The notes below the pieces were generated by a model that had not been told where the DNA came from, searched no databases, and was given only the letters and a program-made list of their open reading frames with translations. Made by a program: the position numbers and the translations under genes. A stretch of DNA of 64,000 nucleotides from Mobula hypostoma (Eukaryota): assembly GCF_963921235.1 (NCBI RefSeq), contig NC_086108.1, positions 64,172,001 through 64,236,000 of the forward strand. The letters are read 5' to 3'. Each line of letters starts with the position of its first letter. Position 1 is the first letter of the stretch. Below are positions 1 to 13,129 of this stretch, one piece after another.

Positions 1-200
1 ACACAAGAGATGGCAGATGAGGAAATGTGGCACAGATGCTGGAGGTCAGGCAGCATCCGTGGTAGGAAATGGGCAGTGGATGTTTCAAGTCACGATCCTT
101 CACTTGCAGCATGGCTCTCAACATCCAATGAAGGGTCTCAACTGTCCATTTGCCTCCACAGGTGCTGCTTGACCCATTAAGTTCCATCAGCAAATTTTCT
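1..200. mobile_element. Penelope-like element terminal remnants in inverted orientation
   Basis: gatgctggaggtcaggcagcatc..gtttc..ccttca (36-101) mirrors tgaagggtctc..gctgcttgacc..ttccatcagca (129-192). The same terminal motif ends the GIY-YIG-bearing copy at 7938-8760. Confidence 0.7.
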
Positions 201-2112
201 TCTTCAGCTGCTCATCAGCTTGGCTATTTTGGCTCTTTTTCCAACAGTCCCTTCAATCTTTCGTGAAAAGCAGAATGTGTTTATATAAGCTGCATGAAGT
301 CAAAATAAGAAAGAATAAAATACATGTAGGGATTCAGAATTTCAATAAACACTCCAACATAAGATTCATATTAAACTTTTGCTTCAAGGAAACTTCTCCG
401 TTAAATTTTTACAGAACCTCTAGCAGTGATTATTTGAAGCCAGTTCCTTAAAGCTGTGCTAAATGGTTCTCTATTGGACTTAAATTTGGTTTTGCATTGC
501 AACCAGCAACGTCCCACATGATTTGGATCTATTCACTGGGCACTCATCTGTTGCAGCAGATGCTTTAGTTAAAGTGATAGTCAAAGAAGTTAAAATTAGG
601 ACAGTTAATTTCAAAAGATAAATTATTAAATGCATTGGATTTGGGACCAGACTTGACTGGAGGATTAGAAATGGTCTGATTGGGTCAGAAAGGATAAGAA
701 GCCCCTAAAGCAGATTTTGAGGTGATGATCACTGTGCTATCTGTCAGTATTGAAGTTGAGATTGTATAGACTCATTCATGAGTTACAGGACAACTGAAGA
801 TTATGGCAAGATTTACAATAAACTGTCCTGACTCTCTGCGGATCTCCTGGAATACTAACTCTACTAAAATTCCAATTTCTTTCCCCATTTCAAATATTAA
901 ACTGCTATATATTTGTATATATGAGCCCAAGAGGTACATCTATAGTCCAGACCATAATTTCTTCCCTCGTTCGTTACTGAAATACATTTTGGAGCAAAGT
1001 TATTGGAACTTGATGACAGATGTCAAGTAAATCTTGGAAATTAGATCCTTGAAACTTCTTGCTTCGAAATGTTGTAGAGATTTACCTCTGTGTACAATTG
1101 TATACACAGGCTTAATCATGAGACTACCTTTTGTAAGAATTATGGGAAACTCTGTGAAGAGTTATGAAAAGATTCTTTGTAAGTAATGAGGAAGTGAAAG
1201 ACTAACTTGGGTAGAATCGATCTTCCATAAATCCTACTCCCAAAGGAATATCTCTAAAAAATCATATTCATTCACAGCAGCAACTAAAGGACATTTGTCA
1301 TATATTGCTTTGAAATAAAACAATGAATACAATGGAATTCTTACATGCAGTGGAAAAGCTGAAGGCTGATAAACTGAAGCAGAAATGATTTACTTACTGA
1401 AATGATTGATGTACAATGTCTGAATGAAGTAACAGTACTCTTTCATAGGAAACATTTCTTTCTTTTTGACTGGGACCAATAAGATGAAATCCAATGCACT
1501 GACAAATGATGTTAAAAATGAAGGTCACAAAAATATTACTTACTCTTGCAAAACTTTACGTTTGAACAGATATTATTGTTCTAGTTAAATTTCCCATGAA
1601 TCTTCACCGGACTACTAACTCGTAAAGGACTGCATGACTACATGCACCTGCTCAAGCAGGTAGATGTATTCTGCAGGCTGAGGTTAAAAGGAAAATAATT
1701 CTTCATAGGATAGTGAAATGAATGTTCTAACCTGCCATTATTTAATATCCATATTGCTGTATTTTCCAGTAAAAGGCCTTGATTAGAAATAGTGATTTGG
1801 AATTGAAGTAATGGTATTTACTTAACCCTATGGGTTAACACGAGCTGACCCAGAATTTCTCCACGACTTACACAAATCAAGAAACACACAGCTTATTTTT
1901 CAAATTGTCCTCTTTCCACCACCTATTGAGTACTTTTAATATTGGACTAAAGCAGAAAGTGAAGTGATTGCAGTTGTTAAACCTGAGCGGAAGTAATCAG
2001 TAGATTCAAATGTGCAGAAAAACCAATACACTATATTTAAAAAGATGAGGAAAAAAATTGAGAAAATATATCAGAGAAGAAATAGAATTCAATGCAAAAT
2101 CTAAATGAAGAG

Positions 2113-2735
2113 GTACAGACTGATCCTTATCCGAAAATCTCTTAAATCCCAAATTTCTTTGAGTGCTGACATGGCATCACAAATTGAAAATTCCATAAGG
2201 CGCCGGGAAGGTTCCCAGGCGATGTGCAGGTCCCTGCACACCACAGACAATTCTAAGAAATTACCTCAAGTATGTAATGAACAGTAGTTAATGAAAAATA
2301 GAAAACACTGCATAAAGCAAAAAATGAAGATCTCGATTGAAAGAGTGGATTTGTCAGCGTCGGAGTGAGCATATGCCACTTAGTAGTACACTGACCACAA
2401 AACAAGCAAAGATCTATCATGACAAACTGAAAACTGAAGGTAGTTATGACTACTTAGCAGGCTGGTTGCAGAATTTAAGAAAAGGCACGGCATTAATCTT
2501 TTGAAAAATTGTAGTGATCAAGTGTCTGCTGCTCAAGATACAGCAGAGAAATTCGTTGATGAGTTTGCCAAGATCATTGTTGATGAAAATCTAACACCAG
2601 AATAGTTTACATGCAGCCTGTTTTTGTTCCTACAGAAAATCTAAGAAAAAAGTAAAATACAAAAACAGTTCAAATCAAATCAATACAAATCAAAACACAG
2701 CATTGTAAGTGGAGACTGAACTCCTGCCATTGTTT
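2113..2735 (+). mobile_element. Tigger/pogo (Jerky/CENP-B-like) DNA transposon remnant
   Basis: Broken frames give GWLQ.FKKRHGI and AAEKFVDEFAKIIVDENLTPE-like peptides typical of pogo/Tigger transposases. TIR-like start near 2113. Confidence 0.75.
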
Positions 2736-2740
2736 AGAAT

Positions 2741-3005
2741 CACATAGTCATAGAAAACTGCAGCACAGAAGCAGGCCCATCACCCATCCAGTCTGTGCTG
2801 AACCAATAAATTGACTGGCCCCATCGACCTGCATTGAAATTGATATCGCGTGAAATCTATTCCCTCAAATTGTGAAGCTATGTCCTCTAGTTCGAGATTC
2901 ACTTATCACAGTCATAGAAAAATACAGCACAGAAACAGGCCCATCATCCCATCTAGTCTATGTAGAACCATTTAAACTGCCTACTCCCACTGACCTCCAC
3001 AAAAA
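2741..3005 (-). mobile_element. Two CR1 LINE 3' tail fragments
   Basis: catagtcatagaaaa..cagcacagaa(a/g)caggccc is the reverse-strand CR1 3' UTR and occurs twice. Confidence 0.65.
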
Positions 3006-3135
3006 GAACAGCTATAGACTTCCATTAGGCCTTGCCTTTCACCCCAGCATCCTTTGCAAACAAAATATTCTACTCAACCATCTCCAGTACGGGCCCACCA
3101 CCAATCACATTTTAACCTCTTCTATTATTTCTATC
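3006..3135 (+). mobile_element. Penelope-like ORF fragment
   Basis: YRLPLGLAFHPS..NHLQYGPTTNHI resembles the Penelope region between RT and GIY-YIG. Confidence 0.55.
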
Positions 3136-3188
3136 TATTGAAAAGGAATTTTGAAGGCAAAGTAGTATGTGCTAGTGTGACTGCTCGG

Positions 3189-3417
3189 TGTTGTGTCTGT
3201 GCACAACTGCATATTGATTAAATTAAAGCACGCACACAGGAGATGGCTTTAACTGGTGTATTCACATCGCAACAAGAGAGACAGAGAACAATGCACATGC
3301 ATAGACAACAGCACATGTCCAGACAACGGATCAGTATGCATATGTAGACAACAATCCTTACATAGTGCTAATGGGGTGGGGGTCATTGCTCTAAAAGAAA
3401 TCGATCCATACATTACA
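3189..3417 (-). repeat. Gypsy 3' LTR
   Basis: tgttgtgtctgtg...catacattaca; aligns with 7489-7727; flanked by the PPT aaaagggggagtaag on the minus strand. Confidence 0.9.
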
Positions 3418-3553
3418 CTTACTCCCCTTTTAGACTAATGCAACATAAAACTGCATATGTACAAAACATTTAATTTCTCTTTCATAAACACATATTCCAA
3501 ATAAACATGGTTTCAAAATAATAGTTCATAACTAACTCCATGGTTCTAAAGAT

Positions 3554-6500
3554 TCAGTCTGGTGGCATTCTGTTTCTTTCAGGATAGCGCCTTTGGACCT
3601 GTGGAGCAGCATCAGGTTTGGCAGGAGTCTGGTCTAAGAAAACATTGGAAGTTGTCCACCTTGTGCTGTAGAGAAATGTCTTCCTTTCCATCACTTTACT
3701 GGACCTCTTGAAGGTTTGGATAAAACTTTCACCTAACCCATTCATTGTTGGGTGGTGAGGAGATGACTTGAAAGGTCTGGTACCATTTTTCTTCATGAAC
3801 TGTCAGAATTCTTCTGACATGTACTGTGGTCCGTTGCCACTCACAATTTGCTCTGGTAAGACATTTCTGGCAAAGATAGTCCTCAGAGCAGAGATAGTCT
3901 TTGCTGAGGTGGTTGACTTCATTGGTGTAACCTCCAGCCACTTCGAATGAGTATCCACAGGAATCAGAAACATGGAGTCCATGAATGGGCCAGAAAAGTC
4001 AATATGTATTCTTTGTCATGGTGACAACAGCCACTCCCACGGGCATAAGAGTGCCTGTGGGGGGCATTTTGAACAGCTTTTAGTCAAGTCTTCAATCTGT
4101 TTATCTATCCCCGGCCACTGCGTGTAGCTCCAGGCGAGAATGTTCATCTTGACAGTACCCAGGTGTCCATCATGCAGATTTTCTAACACTGCAGTGCCTA
4201 GTTTCGAGGGAACCACAACACAGGATCCACGCATCAGCGTTCTTTGACATACCAACAGTTAATCTCGTTTCGCTGAGCACTTTGGAAAAATAGGGGTTAC
4301 CATGAGCTGGCCATCCTTGCATTGTGATTTCATAGTATTTTGAAAATGTCAGGTTATTTTTTGTTTCTCTTAGTATTTCGGAATTTGTTATCGGCAACTG
4401 GTCCACCAATGTGATGTGGAACACTTCTACTGGGTCACAGTATGAAGACTTTTCTTCTTCAGTTGCCGATAGTGGAAAATGTGACAAGTCATCAGTGTTG
4501 CTGTGTTGTTTGGTGCCCTTGAAATCTATATCATAAGAGTGGATTCCTAGGAATAGTGCCCAATATTGTAACCGGGTAGCAGTCATCCTGGGAATGAAAA
4601 TGGACGCAAGCAGCTTGTGATCTGTCAGTAGCGTCTTTACAGCCTTTGACTGTAGAAGTAGTGCTGGAACTTCTTTATTCCCCATACTAGACTAAGGGCC
4701 TCTCAGTCAATCTGTACGTATCTGTGTCCACAATGTGAGACTTCATTCTTTAAAAACTCACATTTCTCTCTCTTTGCATGCAGACCATACTCACTCAGAC
4801 CTGTAAACATTTTATCGCAGTTCTGGAGGTGCGCTTCCTCATTCTTGCCAGTCACAATGATGTCACCAAGGTAACATTGTGTTCCTGGGATAACTTGGAA
4901 CAATTGCTCCATTGCTCTTTGCCAAGTTGCTGGAGCTAATGCAACAGCAAAGATGAGGCTATTATACTGGAACAGTCCCTGAGGAATTTCCTGCTTGATT
5001 CCTCAATCTCCAGTTGCAGATAGGCTTGTGACAAGTCAATCTTTGAAAACCTCTCCCTGCCTGCCAAAGATGAAAAATTGTTTTCTATTCACAGCAGAGG
5101 ATACCACATATTATGCAGCACTGGGTTGATGCTCACCTTGAAATCCCCACATATGCAAACGGCTCCAGCCTTCCCTTCCTTGATCACAAGGGCAATGGAC
5201 CTACTCAAGCTTGGAGAGAATTCCAGACACCCCCAAGCTCTGCAGTTCAGCATCCACTGTAGGACGTCGTGTGTAAGGCACTGGACGTGCTTTATGGAAT
5301 CTTGGTGTTGCTGCTTCATCCAGTTCAATTCTGGTCTTCATGCCTTTGAGTTGACTAATCCTCTTCTCAAATCCTTGTCATGAGCACTAAGCAACTCTGA
5401 CTGTCCCTGGTTGGTGCTACCATTTGGGCTGCCATTTTCTGTTGATGTCACACTGAGAGTTTTGACTGAGTGCCAGTCTAGTTGGATTTTTCTTAACCAT
5501 TGCTGTCTGAAAATTACTGGCCCTCCACTTTCCAATATATAAATCTCTAACTGTTGTGTTTGGCCTCCATAAGTCACATTTACTTTCAATTTGCCTTTGG
5601 GAGACACTTTTTCACCTGTGTAAGTCTTTAGCATTACTGAGGTCTCTGTAATGGTATCTTAGAAAACAGCCTGTTGTAGTCAGCCTCTGGAATTCTGGAC
5701 AAAGCTGACCCTGTATCCAGCTCCATGTTCAGTTTTACACCGGACACACCTATTGTGATCCAAATGATTTTGTGATCTGCTTCAGTTATACTATGCAGTT
5801 CTAGGCATGACAGTTCAGCTTTGTTAGACTCCATGGTGTCTGATTCTGTTTTACATTTGGTAACTTTATGCATTTACATAGTTTTGTGTTTGCGACTTTT
5901 CACTTGGTTGTGCTTTTTGTCTGCCTTGCACATTTTCTCTATTAACTTAGTCTGTGACACTTACTGCAGAATTTTTCTTTAAAGCAACAGTCATTTGCAT
6001 CATGAGAGGATCAATAACACCATTTTTTTGCACTTTTCAGGGACATCTTGTGCATTTCACATTCTAACTTACTTTTCTGCAGTTCTGCTACATCCTTTGC
6101 TGCAATCTCTAACAATATTGCAATGGTCAATGCCTGGTCTAAGGTTAGGCCTCTTTTGTATGCTTTGACTATGCATGCTACATACAAGCCTGTCCCTTAA
6201 TGCATCAGAAAATTCATCTCTAAAGCCACAGTACTGGGAAAGTTTGTGCAGTTCTAAAATGTATTCAGAACTGCTTTCATTCTTTGAGTGGTTCCTTTGG
6301 TAAAATCTAAATCTCTCAGATATTACCTACAGGTTAGGGCTCTCATGATTTTGTAAAATTGTAACAATTTCATTGAACATCTTGCTGCTGGTTTTTCAGG
6401 GGTTACGAAGTTGCATAAGAGGCTGTAGTTCTTGTACCCATTAAACTAAGAAGTGTAGGGACTTTATTTTGCTCCTCCACATTGTTCGTGTGACATTACA

Positions 6501-6585
6501 GTTCTACTCTCTCGATTTACAACTCCCAGCCTTCATTAGCACTGTCAAATTTGTCAACTTTCCTGACTGAAGCCAGTGCCACGTT
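3554..6585 (-). pseudogene. Gypsy gag-pol, with frameshifts and stops
   Basis: Protease MELDTGSALS (5634-5873), RT CYLGDIIV (4703-4912), RNase H LLTDHKLL (4170-4685), integrase zinc finger LHDGHLG..WPGIDKQIE (4016-4255) and core SPHHPTMNGLGE (3554-3796). Confidence 0.9.
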
Positions 6586-6769
6586 ATTTTCACTTTAAGT
6601 TCAGCGTGTCTTTCACTGTCAGAATGCACTGTACTCACACCTTTGTTAGCACCCATGCCAGCCTTCTCTGTACTGTTTAACTCTCAGTGTTTTGTCCCAT
6701 AATCATGCCGTAACTGTCAGTGCAGTTCATGATATTATCTGACATTCAGGTCTGTACTTGTTCCCAATT

Positions 6770-7727
6770 TGTTGTGTAGTCCCCAGTAAGCCCTCAGCTC
6801 ACTTTTGTTTAGGAGGAGCATCCTTTGGCCTGCCCAACTGGGTAATCGAGTTTGTGTAGATGCTGTGTGATGTACCCCACCCCGCCAAATAACAGACAGT
6901 ACACCATATGTGATTTACAGAATACAATTTATAGATTTTACTGGAACTATGTAATTAATAGAGATACAATATAAAAGGAAAGTAAAAGGTGCCAAACTTC
7001 TTAGAGTTCAACCACTTTGAGCGCTACCTTTGGAGCTCAATGAACGGAGTCTTTTTTCCACCATTCGATCCCTTCCGACCTCCTCGACCCGCCGCCTGGG
7101 ACCAACCATGGTGGTTGACCAGACACTCCACACAAGTCTGTCCTCGTCTCCTCTCCTCGCCAAAGACTCTGGGCCTCGGAGTCCCGTTCGGGGTCCAGTC
7201 CATTGCCCAGCTTACATCATCGCGTCTCCTCTCTCTGTCCCCAACGTGCCTTCTGCCCCAAAGCCCGCGAACAACAGCTTACAGACACACAAGAAAGAAT
7301 AACATCAATCTCAATTGGTTAATAAATGAATACAATTCTCATTATCAGTAATATAACCCAAACAAACTGCTAGAGAGAGAACCACTGTCTCAGCAGTTAA
7401 CATCACAGAGAAGCCATTTTATTTTTAGCATAACAAAGAAGCCATTTTATTAGCCTTAGCAGTAACATAAAAGAAGAAACCCCTTACAGTTGTGTCTGTG
7501 TGCAACTACATATCAATTAAATAAAAGCACGCACGTGGGAGATGGATTTAACTGATGCATGCACATTTCAACAAGAGATAACAGTACGCATGCGTAGACA
7601 ACAGTACATGTGCAGACAATAGATCAGTATGCATGCGTAGACACAACTTAATACACATGTGTAGACAACAATCCCATACATAGTGCTAAGGTGGATCATT
7701 GCTCTAAAACTAGATCGATACATTACA
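6770..7727 (-). repeat. Gypsy 5' LTR, interrupted by a solo LTR
   Basis: T6770+GTTG, then resumes after the insertion at 7489 (gttgtgtctgtg) and ends cattaca at 7727. Confidence 0.85.
6775..7488. mobile_element. Solo LTR of a different family
   Basis: TGTAG...TTACA termini; 4-bp TSD GTTG at 6771-6774 and 7489-7492; no coding sequence. Confidence 0.85.
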
Positions 7728-7937
7728 CTCTGGATGAATCATAATCTGCAGAATGTTATGTTTGAATATATAAATACTCTTGAAGTAATAACACTTTCAT
7801 CAAAATTCTTCCATAACTCCAATGATATTGTTAGATTATTTGGGCCTTTTATGTGGATTGTTTCTTGAACTCAATCATTAATGATTGGTGAAAGGGATTA
7901 CATTTTGTTAATTAAGCAATTAATTTTTGTTTTCTTA

Positions 7938-8760
7938 AGCAACACATTCAAAATGATGCAGGAACTCAGCTAATCAGGCAGCATCAAGGGAAATGAATAG
8001 ATGGTTGATGTTTCGGAACAAAACCCTTCTTCAGAAATGAGAAGGAAAGAGAAGGTGCCAGAGTAAAAAGGTTGAGGGAGGGGAAGGAGGCTAGCTTGAA
8101 TGAGATAGGTGAAACTGGGTGGGTGGGAAAAGTTAAGGGCTGGAAAAGGAGGAATCTGATAGGAGAGGAGAGTGGACAATGGGAGAAAGTGAAGAAGGAA
8201 AGGATCCGGGGGAAGTGATAGGCAGATGAGAAGAGATAAAAAATCAGAGTGGGGAATAGGAGAATGTGGGAGTCGGGTGGAATTTATTTACCAGAAGAAG
8301 AAATCGATATTCATGCCATCAGGTTGGAGGCTACTGAGACAGAATATAAGGTGTTGCTCCTCCACCCTGAGGGTGGCCTCAGCTTGGCACAAAAGGAGGC
8401 CATGCACCGACAGATCAAAATGGGAATGGGAATCAGAATTAAAATGTTTGGCTACCAGGAGTTTCCGCTTGTGGCAGGTGGTGCAGAGGTGCTCGATGAA
8501 GCAGCTCCCCAATTTACAGCAGGCCTCACCAGTGTAGAGGAGGACACATCGCGAGCACCGGCTGCAATAAGCGAACTCAGCAGATTCGCAGGTGAAGTGT
8601 TGCCTCACCTGGAAGAACCACCTGGGGCTCTGAATGGAGGTGAGGGTGGAGGTGTATGAGCAGGTGTAGCACTTAGCCACTTGCTGGGATAAGTGCTTGG
8701 AGGGAGATTAGTGGGCAGGGTCGAATGGACAAAGGAATCGCAGAGGAAGCAATCCCTTCA
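7938..8760 (-). mobile_element. Penelope-like element 3' part (GIY-YIG endonuclease plus terminus)
   Basis: ORF 8288-8680 with YCSRCSRCVLLYTGE..FIEHL..EEQHLIF..QPDGMNIDF; terminus carries a CTGAAGA..GAAA hammerhead core. Confidence 0.88.
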
Positions 8761-8894
8761 CTATTAAGGCGGTGAGATGGGGTGAGCACAGTCAACAGGG
8801 GTAAATAAATAAAGTTTCATGTGCATTTAGTATAGGTATGGATTAAAACAAACTCAAACAGGAAAACTTTTTCCACTGATTTTTTTTCCCACAT

Positions 8895-9580
8895 GAGAGA
8901 TTTGATGGAGCGAAATTAAATTATGAGGTGTGTAGATAGGGTAAATGCAAGCAGACTTTTCTCACTGAGTTTGGCTGAGACGACAACTAGAGGTTATGGG
9001 TTAAGGGTGAAAGGTGAAAATCTTAAGGGGAACATGAGGGGAAACTTCATCATTCAGAGGGTCATGAGAGTGTGGAATGAGCTGCCAGTGCAAGTGGTGA
9101 ATGCGAGCTCAATTTCAGGACAGTATTTAAGAGAAGTTTGGTTAGGTACATGGATGATAGGGATACAGAGGGCTATGGGAGTAGGCAGTTTAAATGGTTC
9201 TGCATGGACTAGATGAGCCTGTGACTAGATAGGCCTGTTTCTGTGCTGTATTTTTCTATGACTGTGAAAGGTAATTCTCGAACTAGAGGACATAGCTTCA
9301 AAATTTAGGGGGATAGATTTAGAGATAAGAGAAACTGCTTTTCCTGCAGAGTAGTGAATCAGTGGAATTCTCTGCTCAGGGAAGAAATAGACGCTATCTG
9401 ATTAAATATACTTAAGGCACAGATAGATTTTTGCACAGCAGGGGAATTAAGGGTGATGGAGAAAAGGCAGGTAGGTGGAGATGAGTCCATGGCCAGATCA
9501 GCCATGATCTTCTTTAATGGTGGAGCAGACTCGATTGGCCAGATGGCATATTCCTGTTCCTATTTCTTATGTTCTGATGT
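8895..9580 (+). mobile_element. Two tandem CR1 3' fragments
   Basis: TTTRGYGLRV..RGNF..QRVMRVWNELP (8923-9216); second fragment from about 9270 ends in a cttatgttct tail. Confidence 0.85.
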
Positions 9581-9992
9581 TAACTAATCTTTTGTTGTAT
9601 TCCTTCTGACTTTGATTGCTGCAACCGGTAAACAGATGCTACTACTAAGTGTCTAAATGACATAATTAATGATGCCTGCCTCACGGATTCATTTGATTCC
9701 ATTAACAGCACACAGTCAGGATTTACTGTTTAATCCCAGCAGATATTTTTTTCCTCAAATGGAATGTTCCTTCTATTGTTTAAACCTGTTACTCATCCCT
9801 TGAACGACAACAAACCATTTTGATATTTTAAGCTTCCAGCACTGATTGCATAAGGTTTGATCACATATGAAGGAACTTGAAGTTTAACATGATAATTCTT
9901 CAATTAAAATTTAGTTTTTAATTAAGTGGTTATCCGTGTAAGAATTTGTTTACTAATCCAGCTTATTTTGTAACGACTGAAAACATTTCCAA

Positions 9993-10325
9993 CAGTGGTG
10001 CAGTGTAAGTGCTGCAGCCACACAGCTCCAGCCGCCCAGATTCAATATGAACTATCATGCTTTCCAAGTGGAGCTTGCATGGTCTCCCTGTGACTGTGTG
10101 TACTTTCTCTCGGTACTCCAATTTCCTCCCAGGTCATAAATTGGTAGGTTATTTGATTACTATAAATTACTCATAGTGTCATTGAATAGTAGAAGAATTT
10201 CATGGGAGTGGGCGGTGTTGATTGGAATATGCGAGAGAACAGGTTGCAGGGAAATAGGTGGAAAAAATCGGCCCAATGGAGAGACATCATAGATGTGATT
10301 GGTCAAATGGCCTCCTTTCTAAACT
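9993..10325 (+). mobile_element. tRNA-derived HE1/V-SINE-like element, diverged
   Basis: A/B-box-like head, gtggagcttgcatggtctccctgtgactgtgtg core and CR1-type tail ggtcaaatggcctcctttct. Confidence 0.7.
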
Positions 10326-10569
10326 GCGAGATATACGTTCACTAGGCCGGAGGCTGTACATGGTGAGCGACTCAGCAGCTCACATTGGCAATTTGTCAGC
10401 AGAACTGGCTTTTGTTCCATGCCAGAAAATGGAGCTGTTGATAGAATTTATTTTTGATTGTAAGTTTTTTTTTAGGTGGAATAAATTGCCAGCTGGTTGA
10501 AATGCAGCTACTTAAATAGGAAATATTTAAAAAATAAGCAGAAGCAGTCACTGGGATAGTTGAAAAAAT

Positions 10570-13000
10570 TTGCTTGGTTTATAAATGTCTTTTAGTAATG
10601 GAAATCTACCTTGCTTACATTGATGGATCTGAATTATATTCAGTGTTCCTTACAGCAGTATGCTTGATTCTTAGTTACTCTCTGACATGGCATAGAAAAG
10701 AGTTAGACCAAAAGCTGCAAACAAAAAGGAATAAAATAGATCAGATTACTTAGTATGGAATTAGGTGCCTTGCATGACAAAGACGCTCCATGCAGTCAAC
10801 CCGACAAAATCTTCCTCATCAGGCTGCACTTGGATTTCCACCAAAGCCCAATATCCATCAGAAGTGCAACATTGTCTGCAAATGTTTCCCAAACTAGCTG
10901 AGTCCTCAAGGACTCAGCCTCACTGCTGGATTGAGCTTGTAGCAGATAGTAAGAGTACTGATGCAGGGGACAATCAACCTCACCTGTACGCCAGTCAGAG
11001 ATGTACCACACAATCCTTGTGAAGAAGAAGTTACCACTTAACATTTGATGACGTTGCTTGGCATATTATCTGACACTGAACTCAGCAACTCAGGGGTTAA
11101 TTCTGCTTTAAAGAAATTCTAGGAGTAATATCGTGTCTATTAAAAAAAGGAAATGCCAACATTCAGTTAATTTCAATTTCAGCTGATTCCTGAGGTTCTC
11201 ACCATCAAGGTCGTTTACATTTTAATTAATTTTCAGGATATAAAAAAGGCTGAGTGCAATAAGTAGATAAATTACTGTACACATCAACATCCTCTTAGTG
11301 CAATGAAAGCGTATGCAAGATCTAGTTGTGACTTTTACATTCCACAACCATTATTTCAATACAGCTACAATGTAGCTAGCAAGGTGAATTTTGACCAAGT
11401 GTGGCATCAGGAAGCCCAGGTAATAATGAAGCCAATTGGAGCGAAAGGGAGGATAGTCCATTGGCAGGGGTCATTCCTGACACAAAGGAAAATTGTTGTT
11501 GTTAGACATTGACTTTCGCAGCTCTGGAGTTACTGAGTGCAGTGTTCAACGATCAAACCAGTTGCTTCATCAATGATTTTCTCTCCAATGTAAGTTTTCG
11601 GATAAGAAGATTTGAAGATACTGCATAGCCTTCAGTTAGTGAAGAAATCCCTCACCAAAGGCAAATGGTAACTTTAAGGCTTGCATGTTTAGGAACAAGT
11701 GCTAGTAATTGACCATTCCCCAAAATAAATTTCTAAGCAATTCGTACTGATAGTTAACAGGATTACCATTGTCTAATTCCCTTTCTTTAAGTTCTGGGAA
11801 GTTGGAACAGGTGGTAGAATTGACCAAAAAAAAAATCACAAGCTCTTTGACCAGGTACATAAACACTATGGAAACCAGAAAAGGTCAGTGACTCCATATT
11901 CTATAGAGACACCCACATTTTAACTCCCCTAACCCTTTCCTTCATTGATTTGGGGAGGAGTTGATGAAGAAGAATTTTGATGCCCGTCCACCCAGCCCAG
12001 GTACGAAGCTGGATTGCTCTGAATGCTGAGCCGATTTGCTGAGATTAAAAATGGCTTTGGGCTCTGCGGTCCATGTGTTGCTATGCCAGGGCCCAGGTCC
12101 TAAAGCAAGGCACTACTCAGCATCTGGACAATTTAATCGCTGGCCCAGATAGACTGGAAAGCCCAAGCATTGGGACTAGAGTCAAGGGTCAGGATGATTT
12201 CATTCACTCTCCTACAATGTTCATTCCTCTCTCCAGCAGCAGTCATCTCGGCGAGTTTCACAATGTTTTTACTCTGCTAGTATGTCAAACTGAGATTGAG
12301 GCTTGGGGAGCTGCTCTGGGGAGCGGATCTAATGACTCAATCTGGTTCGGAATGCTGTCCTTTGCTTCTATTGTCTGCATGATGTTTGTTTTATTCCCCT
12401 CTTTCTCTGTGCAGTGGTTATAGTCTTTATTTTTTCTAATTGGGTTCTTCGGGATTCTTGCTTTGTGGCTGCCTGTAACAATAAATGATGATAACTGTAC
12501 TTTGATTCTTTTAATCTGGTTGAGGACAGTTCTACTAGTGTCTGGTAGTATGTAAGAAGTAGCTAGTAGTATGTAAGAAGTTTGGTAGAATAAACCAACC
12601 TGTTTAATAGGGACTCCATCATATTATCATTCACTTTTCCCAACATGACTACACTGGGCACAGATTTTACCAACCCCAAACATACAACAGCAATTTGCCA
12701 AGAGGTCTTCAATAGTACCTCCCAATCTCACAACTTCCACCATTTCGAAAGACAATAACATCGGCGACACACCTTTAAGTTCCAATCCAAATTAATCATC
12801 ATATGACTTGAAAGTATATCATTTTTTTTTCATTCTAGATGTGTCAAAATGCTAAAACCATAACCAGAAATACCTTCACCACTCAGACTGGGTGATTCAA
12901 TAGAATAGTTCATCATCATCTCATTCAGGCTAATGAGGCTAGACGGACACTTCTTGTTGGCCTTTCGAGTGACATCCACATCCAATGTATGAGTAAAATA
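10570..13000 (+). mobile_element. Old CR1/L2-type LINE fragments, interrupted
   Basis: AFDQVWHQ-like RT peptide near 11385-11410, a LINE-type tail near 12900-13000 and 5' UTR-like sequence near 10570-10800. Confidence 0.45.
11955..12512 (+). mobile_element. Non-autonomous retroposon with Rex/L2-type 3' tail
   Basis: GC-richer body ending ttcttgctttgtggctgcctgt..aataaa..actttga; architecture similar to 55845-56657. Confidence 0.45.
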
Positions 13001-13129
13001 AAAGTCAACTGAAGTGATTAATTATTCTTCTCCACCTTTTTAACATATTTTCCTCATTAATCTATTTTTGCTTACAGCTTTCATAATCCTCTGGCTCCAG
13101 GTTTCAGCACTACAAAGCAAGACTTTGGT

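Larger units (their letters stand above)
3189..7727 (-). mobile_element. Decayed full-length Gypsy (Mag-like) LTR retrotransposon
   Basis: Two homologous TG..CA LTRs, PPT at 3418-3433, degenerate PBS near 6757-6766, 5-bp TSD CTCGG (3184-3188)/CTCTG (7728-7732), and gag-PR-RT-RH-IN domain order. Confidence 0.92.
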
